Shown piece after piece: positions 1 to 7,520 of a stretch of DNA of 32,000 nucleotides. The position numbers and the translations under genes are program-made. This DNA is from an uncultured bacterium (GTDB lineage Bacteria > Auribacterota > JACPWU01): assembly GCA_964640155.1 (NCBI GenBank), contig CAZXEQ010000007.1, positions 1-32,000 of the forward strand, given 5' to 3'. Every line of letters begins with the position of its first letter. Positions within the stretch are counted from its first letter, which is position 1. The notes below the pieces were generated by a model. That model worked only from the letters and a program-made list of their open reading frames with translations, was not told the DNA's origin and searched no databases.

Positions 1-3000
1 CTCAAAGGTGAAACAGACAAAGTTACGGAGGATGCAAGTACGGAGAAATTGCTAACACTTGTAGCTGTACCGCCTGATGTTGTAACGGAAATTTTTCCTG
101 TGCTGGCGCCGACAGGCACAGTGGTTGTGATTTGAGTTGCAGAATCTACCGTAAAGATTGCAGACGTTGTATTGAATTTGACGTCCGTAGCACCTGTAAA
201 ATTTGTTCCTGTGATAGTGACAGATTTGGCAAGTCCACCACTGGTTGGAGTAAAGCTAGTAATGGTTGGAGGAGGTACGGTTACGGTCAGATTTAAAGTT
301 AATGGGCTGATGGTGATGCCTTCAGCACTTCCAGTCACTGTAAGTGTACTAGACCCTCCAGGTGTATTCGCAGTTGTATCAATGGTGAGCGTTGAACTAT
401 TTTCTGTGTTTTCATCTGCAGGGCTGAAAGTTGCTGTAGCCCCTGTTGGAAGGCCATTAACACCAAGGGTCACGCCATCTGTGAAATTGGTTCGATTTAT
501 ATTAATTGTGTAAGTTGTGCTTGCTCCCATTAGCACAGTTTGGGATGTGGGAGTTGCTGAAAGAGAAACAGAAACTGTAGGAGTTCCTCCGTCGGGCATT
601 CCATCATGGATAACCACATTTAGGACTTTTTCAAGAGCTTCTAGTACTCTCAAGTTTCTTTGATTATAGCCGTAGCGAAGACCTGAAGGTGTGAGGTTAG
701 AGGCATCCGATGAAGGATAGGAAGTTAAATGTAAACCATCTGAATCCATTCCTTGATTGAGCATATTTGGATCTTGCAAAGCTTTCCAAAAATTCATCAC
801 AGGAATTTGCTGGGCTTGTGCAACATCAATGATCATTTGATTGTATGCTGCGACACGAGATCCAAAGGTAGTATTATCCAAACGTGGGGGAATCGTGCTT
901 AAAACAGGTATGACGCCTGCATTGATTGTATCCATGATAATTTGATTAAGATTATTTTGAAAAGAGGTTAAGTCATTATAATTTTCCAAATCATATGTTC
1001 CATACATAATGACTGCGATGCTGGGTTTGGTTAAGTAAAGCTCGCATTTTAGAGCTGTATTATAAGGAGCAGGGCAAGAGGCGGAAGAAATAGCACCTAA
1101 TGCTCCATGAGTGCTCCATCCCTCGTCTGCTGAAACAGTACTTCTGTTAAATGAGTTAGGAATTCCACACCAACTGCCTCCACCTGTAACAGAGGTTGTA
1201 CGAAAATAATTGATCACGGTAGAAAGATGATTGGTATCACTGTCAAGTGTTTCAGAACTACACCCAACGTCCGATAAAAAGGCTCCGGATGCTGTAGCTG
1301 AATCTCCAATTTTTGCAAAAACACCTGAACGATTTCCTGCAGATTGGCCAGCCAAAAAAATGGCTTTCAATCGGGCTTTCATTGCAGAATCGATGTTTGG
1401 AGTGATGGGCATGTTGTCGGGGGTGTTCCCACCACTGGTTGTGATTAAAAAGTTGGTAGAACTTGTAGCCATGCCACCTGCGCTTGTAACATGGATGGGG
1501 CCCGTCGTAGCATTTGCGGGAACAGTTGCTGTAATCTGAGAGTCAGAATCGATTGTAAAAGTTGCACTCGTTGTATTGAATTCCACAGAAGTTACATCAG
1601 ATAAATTTGTTCCCGTGATGACAACAGAAGTACCTGCTTCTCCACTTGCGGGGCTGAATGAAGAAATAGTAGGAACAGGATGATTGATAGTCAGTGTTGC
1701 GGTGACGGGTGCAATGGTGATACCAGAAGCTGTTCCACTAATTGTAAGTGTTCTAGATCCTGTAGATGTACTTGCGGTTGTGTCGAGGGTTAATGTTGCG
1801 CTTGCCCCAGAGTTTGCTCCTGATGGATTAAATGATGTTGTAATGCCACTGGGTAAACCTGAAACACCGAGTGTTACATCCCCCGTGAAATCAGTGCGAT
1901 TGATGGCAATATTATAAGTGGCACTTTCGCCAGTCGTAATGGAATGACTTGCTGGAGTTATAGATAAACTTACAGAAGGGCTCGTAACAGTAAAAGGAGT
2001 CGAACTTGTAGCAGTTCCTCCCAGAGTTGAGACGCTGATAACACCTGTAGTGGCCCCCGATGGAACCACGGCTGTGATTTGAGTTGAAGAGTCAACTATG
2101 AAAACCGCTCCGACATCATTGAACTTAACAGAAGAAGCATTGGATAAATTTGTTCCTGTAATAACCACTGAAGTTCCAACTGTTCCACTTGCAGGACTGA
2201 ATGAAGAAATTGTAGGAACAGGATGATTGATAATCAGTGATGCTGTGACGGGTGCAATGGTGATACCAGAAGCTGTTGCAGAGACAGTCAGTGTGCTTGA
2301 GCTTATGGGTGTGTTAGTTGTTGTATCAATAGTTAACGTTGCGCTGTTTCCAGAATTTGTGCCTGTTGGGTTAAAAGAAGCTGTAGCCTCATTGGGTAAA
2401 CCTGAAACACCGAGTGTTACATCCCCCGTAAAATCAGTGCGATTGATGGCAATATTATAAGTGGCACTTTCTCCAGCCATGATTGTGTTGCTTGAGGGAG
2501 TCATGGATAAGCCAACGGAAGGAAGAGTCACGATAAAATTTGAAGAACTTATTGCAGCGCCCCCCGCAGTAGTTATAGAAATAACGCCTGTACTAGCGCC
2601 ACTTGGAACTGTTGTCGTAATTTGAGTTGTAGAATCAATGATAAAAGTAGCACTGGTGGTATTAAATTTGACAGAAGATGTATTCATTAAATTAGCACCT
2701 GTAATGATGACAGAAGTTCCCACAGATCCACTTGCGGGACTGAAAGAAGAAATCGTTGGAACTGGTGCATTTACAATAAGAGTTGTTGTTACAGGACTAA
2801 TGGTAATACCTGAAGCAGTCGCACTAATAGTAAGAGTGCTTGATCCTGTTACAGTATTCGTTGTTGTATTAATGGTGAGTACCGAACTATTTCCTGTCGT
2901 TGGGTCAGGACTGAAAGAAGCTGTTGCCCCGCTAGGTAATCCACTGATAGATAAATCAACGTTTCCAGAAAAATCTGTGCGATTAATAGAGAGAGTATAT

Positions 3001-6000
3001 GTCCCACTTGCTCCTGCAATGAGAGTATTGCTTGCCGGAGTAATGGATAAGTTTACAGATGGATTGGTGACTGTAAAATTACTACTACTGGTAGCAGTAC
3101 CACCTGCAGTGGTTACACGAACTAATCCAGTACTAGCTGCACTTGGAACTGTAGCTGTGATCTGAGTTGCAGAATTCACCGTGAATGTAGAATTTGTGTT
3201 ATTGAAAGAAACAACAGTAGCGCCCGTAAAATTAGTACCTGTTAAAACAACAGAGGTTCCAACAGGTCCACTTGTTGGAGTAAAAGAAGCAATTGTTGGA
3301 GCAGGGGGAGTCACTGTCATCCCAACAGTAATGGGATTAATGGTTAAACCAGAAGCCACACCACTAACCGTTAAAGTATTAGAACCAGTAGGAGTATTTG
3401 CATTCGTAGTAACAGTCAATGTAGCATTGTTCCCCGTGTTAGCTCCAGCGGGACTAAAAGAAGCAGAAGTATTTGCAGGAAGCCCTGTAGCAGATAAAGT
3501 TACCCCCCCTGTAAAGTTGTTACGAGACATATTAATCGTATAAGTAGTGCTAGAACCCACTACCACATTTTGAGAAGTAGGAGTTGATGATAGAACAACA
3601 GAAGGAGTTGCTCCACCATCTGGAGCGCCGTCATTGATAATGATTCTCATGATTTTTTCAAGAGTTTGTGTCGCTGTTAAATTTCTCTGATTGTATCCAT
3701 AGCGTAATCCCGCTGTTGTCCAAACAGCGCCATCTGCACCATTTAAAATATTAGGATGAACCCCATCTGTGCTTACACCTTGATTGATGATGTTAGGATC
3801 TAAAGAAGTTCTCCAATAATTGAGTAATGGGATTTGCTGAGTCTGAGCCATGTCGATAATGGCTTGATTATATGCTAAAACACGAGATCCCATCGTTGCA
3901 CTATCCAATCGAGGAGGAATAGTACTTAAGACAGGGATGACACCTTGATTGATAGTATCCGTAATAATTTTATTCATTTGAGTTCGGAATGCATTCACGT
4001 CATTGTAACGCTCTAAATCATTGGTTCCATACATAATGATTGCAATACTGGGCATAATAGTTTTAAGTTCACATTTTAAATAGGTATTGTAAGGAGCGGC
4101 ACAAGCAGAAGTGTTTGCATTAGCAGTGTCCGCGCTCCATCCCATGACAGCGCACATACCAGCTCTATTAAATGAATTAGACATACCACAACCACTTTGA
4201 GAACCCGGAACAGTCGTAGCCCTAAAATAGGTTAGAGTAGAAGCTAAACTTGTATTGGTTCCCAAATCTTCCCATCCGCAACCGACATCCCACAAGAAAG
4301 AACCAGACTCCGTAATGCTGTCACCGATTTTTGCAAACACACCTGGGCGATTACCCATTGCTTGACCTGCTTGAAGAATGGTTCTAAGTCTTGCCTTCAT
4401 AGCAGAGTCAATGTTTGGAATAATGGGCATGGTGCTAGGAGTAGAACCGCCTGATGTTGTTACACTGAAACTTGTGCTACTGGTAGCTGTACCACCTGCA
4501 GTTGTCACAGAAATAGTGCCTGTAGAAGCACCACTAGGTACTGTTGCTGTGATCTGAGTTGCAGAATTGACAGTGTAAGTAGCATTGGTTGTATTAAACC
4601 TAACAGCTGTAGCTCCTGTAAAATTAGCTCCTGTGATAATGACAGAAACACCGATAGCTCCGCTGGTGGGAGAGAAAGAAGAAATGGTGGGAGGAGTTGG
4701 AGGAGGTGTATTAACAGTGAAATTAGTACTACTGGTAGCAGTACCACCCGAAGTGGTCACACGTATTAATCCAGTGCTAGCTCCACTTGGAACCGTAGCT
4801 GTAATTTGAGTAGCAGAATTAATTGTGAAAGTAGAATTAGTATTGTTAAAAGAGACTGCAGAAGCTCCAGAGAAATTAGTACCCGTAATCACAACAGAAG
4901 TACCAACAGCCCCAGATGTAGGACTAAATGAAGAAATGGTTGGAGGAGCCGGGGGTAGAGGATTCACGGTCATCGCAACAGTAATAGGATTAATGGTTAA
5001 ACCAGTAGCAGTACCACTAACCGTCAGAGTGTTAGAACCCGTAGGAGTATTTGCATTCGTAGTAACAGTCAAAGTAGCGCTATTGCCTGTGTTAGCTCCT
5101 GTGGGACTAAAAGAAGCAGAAGCATTCGAGGGAAGACCTGTAGCAGATAAAGTAACCCCCCCTGTAAAGTTGTTACGAGACATATTAATCGTATAAGTAG
5201 TGCTAGAACCCACTACCACATTTTGAGAAGTAGGAGTTGATGATAGAACAACTGAAGGTGTCGTGCTTGTAGCTCCTATATAAGCCCCTGGAGGTCCAGA
5301 CGCAGTTCTTGTATTTCCAGCCCTATCTAATAGAACAGCATTACTTAAATTTCCGACAGGTGCCAATGGAGGTTGTGCTTGATCACCGCTTGCAAAATCA
5401 GGAATGGCATAAGTTGTAGCGCTAAAAATATTTCCTCCAGCAACAGGAGTATAATCACCTGCGGCAGGATTCACCAATTGAGGCGTTCCCATACTTGTTT
5501 TATTAATGGCATTATCTGTTATAAGTTGAGACTCACTGCAGTTTGCGTCATTACATCCACTTCCCCCGTTGATATCTAAAGTGGCAGGTCCATTCCAAAT
5601 CACATTTCCTCTGATTCTTACATTGTTATCCGCTCGAGAAGGAGAAGGAATATTCATTCCTGCCGGAGGCGTGACAGATCCCGAAATCACAAAATGGGAC
5701 CATTGGCTTTGATATCCAGAAGGATTGTAGAGCACATTATTGTAAATATAAATATTTCTATTAGGAATAGATTCTGTGTTGCCTCCTGCATTTCTAGGGC
5801 CCCAGCCCCCTAAGTTGCTATTGATAACACATCCATTGTTATCGTTGTTGTCACAACTTCTCATTCCATGAAAAACTCCAATACCATGGTCACGACTACC
5901 CACGCGATATAAAGTGTTATAAGCCATTAAAATGTTGTAACCCCCATTCACTCCCATTCCAGCTCCTGATGAATCATGAATAATATTATTTACAAATTTA

Positions 6001-6947
6001 ATGTCATAAGCTTCGTAATGAATCCATGGGGAAGTCATAAATTCAAAACCTGTGCTTTGTCCCGCAAGAAACGCTCCATCAGAGCCACCACCACCGCAAT
6101 TATAAAATTCATTTCCATCAACAAGAAGGTTCGCAGATCCGCCCTTTAAATAAGTGCACCAGCTGTCTCCATCATGCATTTTGCTTTTAATGATATGACC
6201 GTACTGAACTCCTACAAAATCAATAGGATTTTCATAGCAATGAGAAATTTCTGTATCTTCAATGTAGACATATTGACTTTGATTCACCTTCAATGCTTCT
6301 TGAGTGCCAGATTTAGAACCCTGAATTTTGCATTGACGTAGAAGCATATGATTACAAGCTTCAAAGTGAACAACATCACCGCCTGTGGTTTGAAATTTGA
6401 TTCCTATGAAATAAACATAATTACAATGAGCCATGTTGATGTTAGCAAAAACAGGAGTTCCATCTCCGTCCGCGGCCTGAAAAATAATTGGGCGAGTAAA
6501 AGTGCCATATCTTAAATCCCAATAATTAGGCAGAGTGTTGGCAGGATAATTTCCTGCCGTAAGCATCACACGATAACCTGTTGAAGATAATGTGACATTG
6601 GATGGAATTCTTTGCCATGCGGCTCCAACTGTTCTTAATGCTTGAGCTCTCGTATTTCCACTGGCGCTGTCGCTTCCATTGACAGGATCTACCCAAATAT
6701 CTTGAAGGGTAGGGGTTCCCATATCATATGGGGTTGCTGCTTGGGCAGGTTTCAAATTGATCAGAGACAGAGCAATAAATGAAATAGCAATACTCAAAGA
6801 ATGCAAACGATGAAAAGATCGATGAGGTGAATGTTGTGAAGCTTGAAGAGGGATGAGTTTTTCTTGATCGAAGGTTAACGAGAAACATTCTACAAAAACA
6901 AAACAGATACTTCTTATTGCCTTAACTACTAACTGTAAGAAGTTCAT
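1..6947 (-). CDS. Giant modular secreted/surface protein, C-terminus beyond the left window edge (>=2315 aa): signal peptide, right-handed parallel beta-helix, then alternating Ig-like beta-sandwich and IPT/TIG domains with two SGNH/GDSL hydrolase domains
   Basis: Hand translation of the reverse strand from the ATG (6947-6945) is stop-free down to position 1 (codon first bases at pos mod 3 = 2). The ATG is preceded by an AAAGGGGA Shine-Dalgarno (reverse complement of about 6953-6960). Motifs read directly: IWVDPVNGSDSASGNTRAQALRTVGAAWQRIP; FAKIGDS; MYGTND; DGVHPN; and repeated PTISSFSPTSGxVGTSVVITGTNF...ATQITATVPSGASTG.I.VTT.GGTATS. The + strand track ORFs at 172-5196 are V/T/G-rich antisense shadows of this frame. 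The ORF is absent from the track because it has no stop inside the window. Confidence 0.9.
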   Translation of the reverse strand, partial: MNFLQLVVKAIRSICFVFVECFSLTFDQEKLIPLQASQHSPHRSFHRLHSLSIAISFIALSLINLKPAQAATPYDMGTPTLQDIWVDPVNGSDSASGNTRAQALRTVGAAWQRIPSNVTLSSTGYRVMLTAGNYPANTLPNYWDLRYGTFTRPIIFQAADGDGTPVFANINMAHCNYVYFIGIKFQTTGGDVVHFEACNHMLLRQCKIQGSKSGTQEALKVNQSQYVYIEDTEISHCYENPIDFVGVQYGHIIKSKMHDGDSWCTYLKGGSANLLVDGNEFYNCGGGGSDGAFLAGQSTGFEFMTSPWIHYEAYDIKFVNNIIHDSSGAGMGVNGGYNILMAYNTLYRVGSRDHGIGVFHGMRSCDNNDNNGCVINSNLGGWGPRNAGGNTESIPNRNIYIYNNVLYNPSGYQSQWSHFVISGSVTPPAGMNIPSPSRADNNVRIRGNVIWNGPATLDINGGSGCNDANCSESQLITDNAINKTSMGTPQLVNPAAGDYTPVAGGNIFSATTYAIPDFASGDQAQPPLAPVGNLSNAVLLDRAGNTRTASGPPGAYIGATSTTPSVVLSSTPTSQNVVVGSSTTYTINMSRNNFTGGVTLSATGLPSNASASFSPTGANTGNSATLTVTTNANTPTGSNTLTVSGTATGLTINPITVAMTVNPLPPAPPTISSFSPTSGAVGTSVVITGTNFSGASAVSFNNTNSTFTINSATQITATVPSGASTGLIRVTTSGGTATSSTNFTVNTPPPTPPTISSFSPTSGAIGVSVIITGANFTGATAVRFNTTNATYTVNSATQITATVPSGASTGTISVTTAGGTATSSTSFSVTTSGGSTPSTMPIIPNIDSAMKARLRTILQAGQAMGNRPGVFAKIGDSITESGSFLWDVGCGWEDLGTNTSLASTLTYFRATTVPGSQSGCGMSNSFNRAGMCAVMGWSADTANANTSACAAPYNTYLKCELKTIMPSIAIIMYGTNDLERYNDVNAFRTQMNKIITDTINQGVIPVLSTIPPRLDSATMGSRVLAYNQAIIDMAQTQQIPLLNYWRTSLDPNIINQGVSTDGVHPNILNGADGAVWTTAGLRYGYNQRNLTATQTLEKIMRIIINDGAPDGGATPSVVLSSTPTSQNVVVGSSTTYTINMSRNNFTGGVTLSATGLPANTSASFSPAGANTGNNATLTVTTNANTPTGSNTLTVSGVASGLTINPITVGMTVTPPAPTIASFTPTSGPVGTSVVLTGTNFTGATVVSFNNTNSTFTVNSATQITATVPSAASTGLVRVTTAGGTATSSSNFTVTNPSVNLSITPASNTLIAGASGTYTLSINRTDFSGNVDLSISGLPSGATASFSPDPTTGNSSVLTINTTTNTVTGSSTLTISATASGITISPVTTTLIVNAPVPTISSFSPASGSVGTSVIITGANLMNTSSVKFNTTSATFIIDSTTQITTTVPSGASTGVISITTAGGAAISSSNFIVTLPSVGLSMTPSSNTIMAGESATYNIAINRTDFTGDVTLGVSGLPNEATASFNPTGTNSGNSATLTIDTTTNTPISSSTLTVSATASGITIAPVTASLIINHPVPTISSFSPASGTVGTSVVITGTNLSNASSVKFNDVGAVFIVDSSTQITAVVPSGATTGVISVSTLGGTATSSTPFTVTSPSVSLSITPASHSITTGESATYNIAINRTDFTGDVTLGVSGLPSGITTSFNPSGANSGASATLTLDTTASTSTGSRTLTISGTASGITIAPVTATLTINHPVPTISSFSPASGEAGTSVVITGTNLSDVTSVEFNTTSATFTIDSDSQITATVPANATTGPIHVTSAGGMATSSTNFLITTSGGNTPDNMPITPNIDSAMKARLKAIFLAGQSAGNRSGVFAKIGDSATASGAFLSDVGCSSETLDSDTNHLSTVINYFRTTSVTGGGSWCGIPNSFNRSTVSADEGWSTHGALGAISSASCPAPYNTALKCELYLTKPSIAVIMYGTYDLENYNDLTSFQNNLNQIIMDTINAGVIPVLSTIPPRLDNTTFGSRVAAYNQMIIDVAQAQQIPVMNFWKALQDPNMLNQGMDSDGLHLTSYPSSDASNLTPSGLRYGYNQRNLRVLEALEKVLNVVIHDGMPDGGTPTVSVSLSATPTSQTVLMGASTTYTININRTNFTDGVTLGVNGLPTGATATFSPADENTENSSTLTIDTTANTPGGSSTLTVTGSAEGITISPLTLNLTVTVPPPTITSFTPTSGGLAKSVTITGTNFTGATDVKFNTTSAIFTVDSATQITTTVPVGASTGKISVTTSGGTATSVSNFSVLASSVTLSVSPL
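600..1435 (-). other. SGNH/GDSL hydrolase domain, copy 2 (block III Asn replaced by Tyr)
   Basis: Block I is FAKIGDSATASG (about 1296-1330). Block III reads IAVIMYGTYDL (about 990-1020), so it is GTYD rather than GTND. Block V is DGLHLT (about 728-745). Confidence 0.65.
1440..3069 (-). repeat. Three tandem ~543-bp coding repeat units, each encoding an Ig-like beta-sandwich plus an IPT/TIG domain
   Basis: Segment 1851-1932 matches 2394-2475 with 2 mismatches (offset exactly 543 bp). The track shadow ORFs 1684-1917 and 2227-2460 are near-identical. A third, more diverged unit sits at about 2526-3069 (same motifs around 2935). Confidence 0.8.
3085..3606 (-). repeat. Dispersed direct repeat, copy A (IPT/TIG C-terminal part plus Ig-like domain), paired with 4730-5258
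   Basis: By eye it is about 88-90% identical to 4730-5258. It includes a perfectly identical 98-bp core, 3502-3599 = 5155-5252. Confidence 0.8.
3605..4440 (-). other. SGNH/GDSL hydrolase domain, copy 1 (all catalytic blocks intact)
   Basis: Block I is FAKIGDSITESG (about 4310-4340). Block III is IAIIMYGTNDL (about 4020-4050). Block V is DGVHPN (about 3760-3777). All were read from the reverse-strand translation. Confidence 0.7.
4460..4957 (-). other. Two consecutive IPT/TIG domains
   Basis: Copy one reads PPTISSFSPTSGAVGTSVVITGTNFSGASAVSFNNTNSTFTINSATQITATVPSGASTGLIRVTTSGGTATSSTNFTV. It is followed by PPTISSFSPTSGAIGVSVIITGANFTGATAVRFNTTNATYTVNSATQITATVPSGASTGTISVTTAGGTATSSTSFSV. This is the classic IPT/TIG pattern. 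Confidence 0.7.
4730..5258 (-). repeat. Dispersed direct repeat, copy B, paired with 3085-3606
   Basis: Same alignment as copy A, with an offset of 1653 bp between the identical cores. The track shadow ORFs 3181-3543 and 4825-5196 translate almost identically. Confidence 0.8.
5290..6735 (-). other. Right-handed parallel beta-helix (pectate-lyase-fold / DUF1565-like) domain of the giant minus-strand protein
   Basis: The N-terminal motif DIWVDPVNGSDSASGNTRAQALRTVGAAW is typical of beta-helix surface enzymes. It is followed by repeated short N/G/I/V-rich rungs (e.g. IKFVNNIIHDSSGAGMGVNGGYNILMAYNTLYRVG, NIYIYNNVLYNP, VRIRGNVIWNG). The assignment comes from motif memory, not from a search. Confidence 0.55.
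6740..6800 (-). other. Sec-type signal peptide-like segment (LSIAISFIALSLINLKPAQA|A), located about 50 codons downstream of the first ATG
   Basis: A hydrophobic core is followed by an AQA-A cleavage-like site in the hand translation, preceded by the basic HRSFHRLH. There is no in-frame ATG between 6947 and this segment; only TTG codons are available. Confidence 0.5.
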
Positions 6948-7033
6948 GTCTTTCCCCTTTCGGTTAAGTGCTCTATTCAATTTACTGGAAGAATAGACAC
7001 GTTCACACCGAACGGGAAAAGAGAGGTCTCTTG

Positions 7034-7062
7034 AGATTAAAGAGTATTCACCTCTTTGGCAA
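7034..7062 (-). promoter_or_regulatory. Weak candidate sigma70-type promoter for the minus-strand giant gene
   Basis: On the minus strand: TTGCCA (7062-7057), a 17-nt spacer, then TAATCT (7039-7034). This would give a leader of about 85 nt. The -10 is poor. Confidence 0.2.
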
Positions 7063-7109
7063 CCTGGCGGCCCTTCTCTTTTTAAAGAGTCTCGGGTCCA
7101 TGGCTTTGC

Positions 7110-7133
7110 CCATGAACTAGATACAGTTCATGG
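7110..7133. promoter_or_regulatory. Perfect 8-bp inverted repeat (CCATGAAC-N8-GTTCATGG) in the divergent intergenic region; possible operator or hairpin
   Basis: Read directly: 7110-7117 CCATGAAC, loop tagataca, 7126-7133 GTTCATGG. Confidence 0.3.
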
Positions 7134-7419
7134 CTCCGAAGCTACTCGGAGGTCCTATCCTTCCAGATAGTTTGCCTTTTTCAAAGTACATCATTCAAAG
7201 AACAAGTATTCAATTTCTGATTATCATTCTCGTCCTCTTTTTCCAGAACTGCAAGAAAAAAGTAACAAAGATGAGCGCTCTAAAAAAAGTTTTTCCAATT
7301 CTGTATGAGAAGAATATTTTATAGACAAGATTGAAAGAATGAAGTTATAAAAAAATCAAAATATCGTTTATGGGGTTGAAAAATTTCAAAAAATTCTTTT
7401 AAAAAAATGATCCCAAAAC

Positions 7420-7447
7420 TTGAATTTTTCTAATTTTGTGCTATATT
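7420..7447 (+). promoter_or_regulatory. Candidate sigma70-type promoter with extended -10 for the 7521-15263 ORF
   Basis: TTGAAT (7420-7425), a 16-nt spacer, then TG-n-TATATT (TG at 7439-7440, -10 at 7442-7447). Upstream, 7345-7418 is rich in roughly helically spaced A-tracts (UP-element-like). Confidence 0.45.
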
Positions 7448-7520
7448 AAATCCTAACCTTTTAACGAGCTATTTACAAATGGCTTCAAATGAATGAGTTG
7501 TGAAAAAGGGGGCGGTTGTT

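Noticed and set aside
172-5196. Plus-strand track ORFs (172-513, 1231-1539, 1684-1917, 2227-2460, 2638-3165, 3181-3543, 4585-4809, 4825-5196) and the minus-strand off-frame ORF 4505-4747.
   Set aside because: These are V/T/G/L-rich low-complexity translations without SD or start context. They lie antisense or out of frame to the verified minus-strand giant ORF, and their similarity to each other just mirrors the coding repeats.
1440-5258. CRISPR array, or a diversity-generating retroelement VR/TR pair, as an explanation for the DNA repeats.
   Set aside because: The repeat period is 543 bp, the units are in frame and coding, and there are no short repeat/spacer units. Mismatches between the 3085-3606 and 4730-5258 copies are of all base types, not adenine-specific. 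No reverse transcriptase gene is present in the window.
5373-5579. 68-aa plus-strand ORF.
   Set aside because: It is antisense to the beta-helix-coding part of the minus-strand ORF, has Cys/Ile/Ser-rich nonsense composition, and has no ribosome-binding site.
7130-7324. 64-aa ORF in the divergent intergenic region.
   Set aside because: No Shine-Dalgarno precedes its ATG. It overlaps the inverted repeat and the A/T-rich promoter region, and I recognise no motif in it. It is likely spurious, although a small protein cannot be strictly excluded.
7500-7520. GTG at 7500 as the start of the middle giant ORF, as given in the track.
   Set aside because: The ATG at 7521 has GGGGG 8 nt upstream, whereas the GTG at 7500 has no SD and would place that SD inside the coding sequence. 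The difference is only 7 codons.
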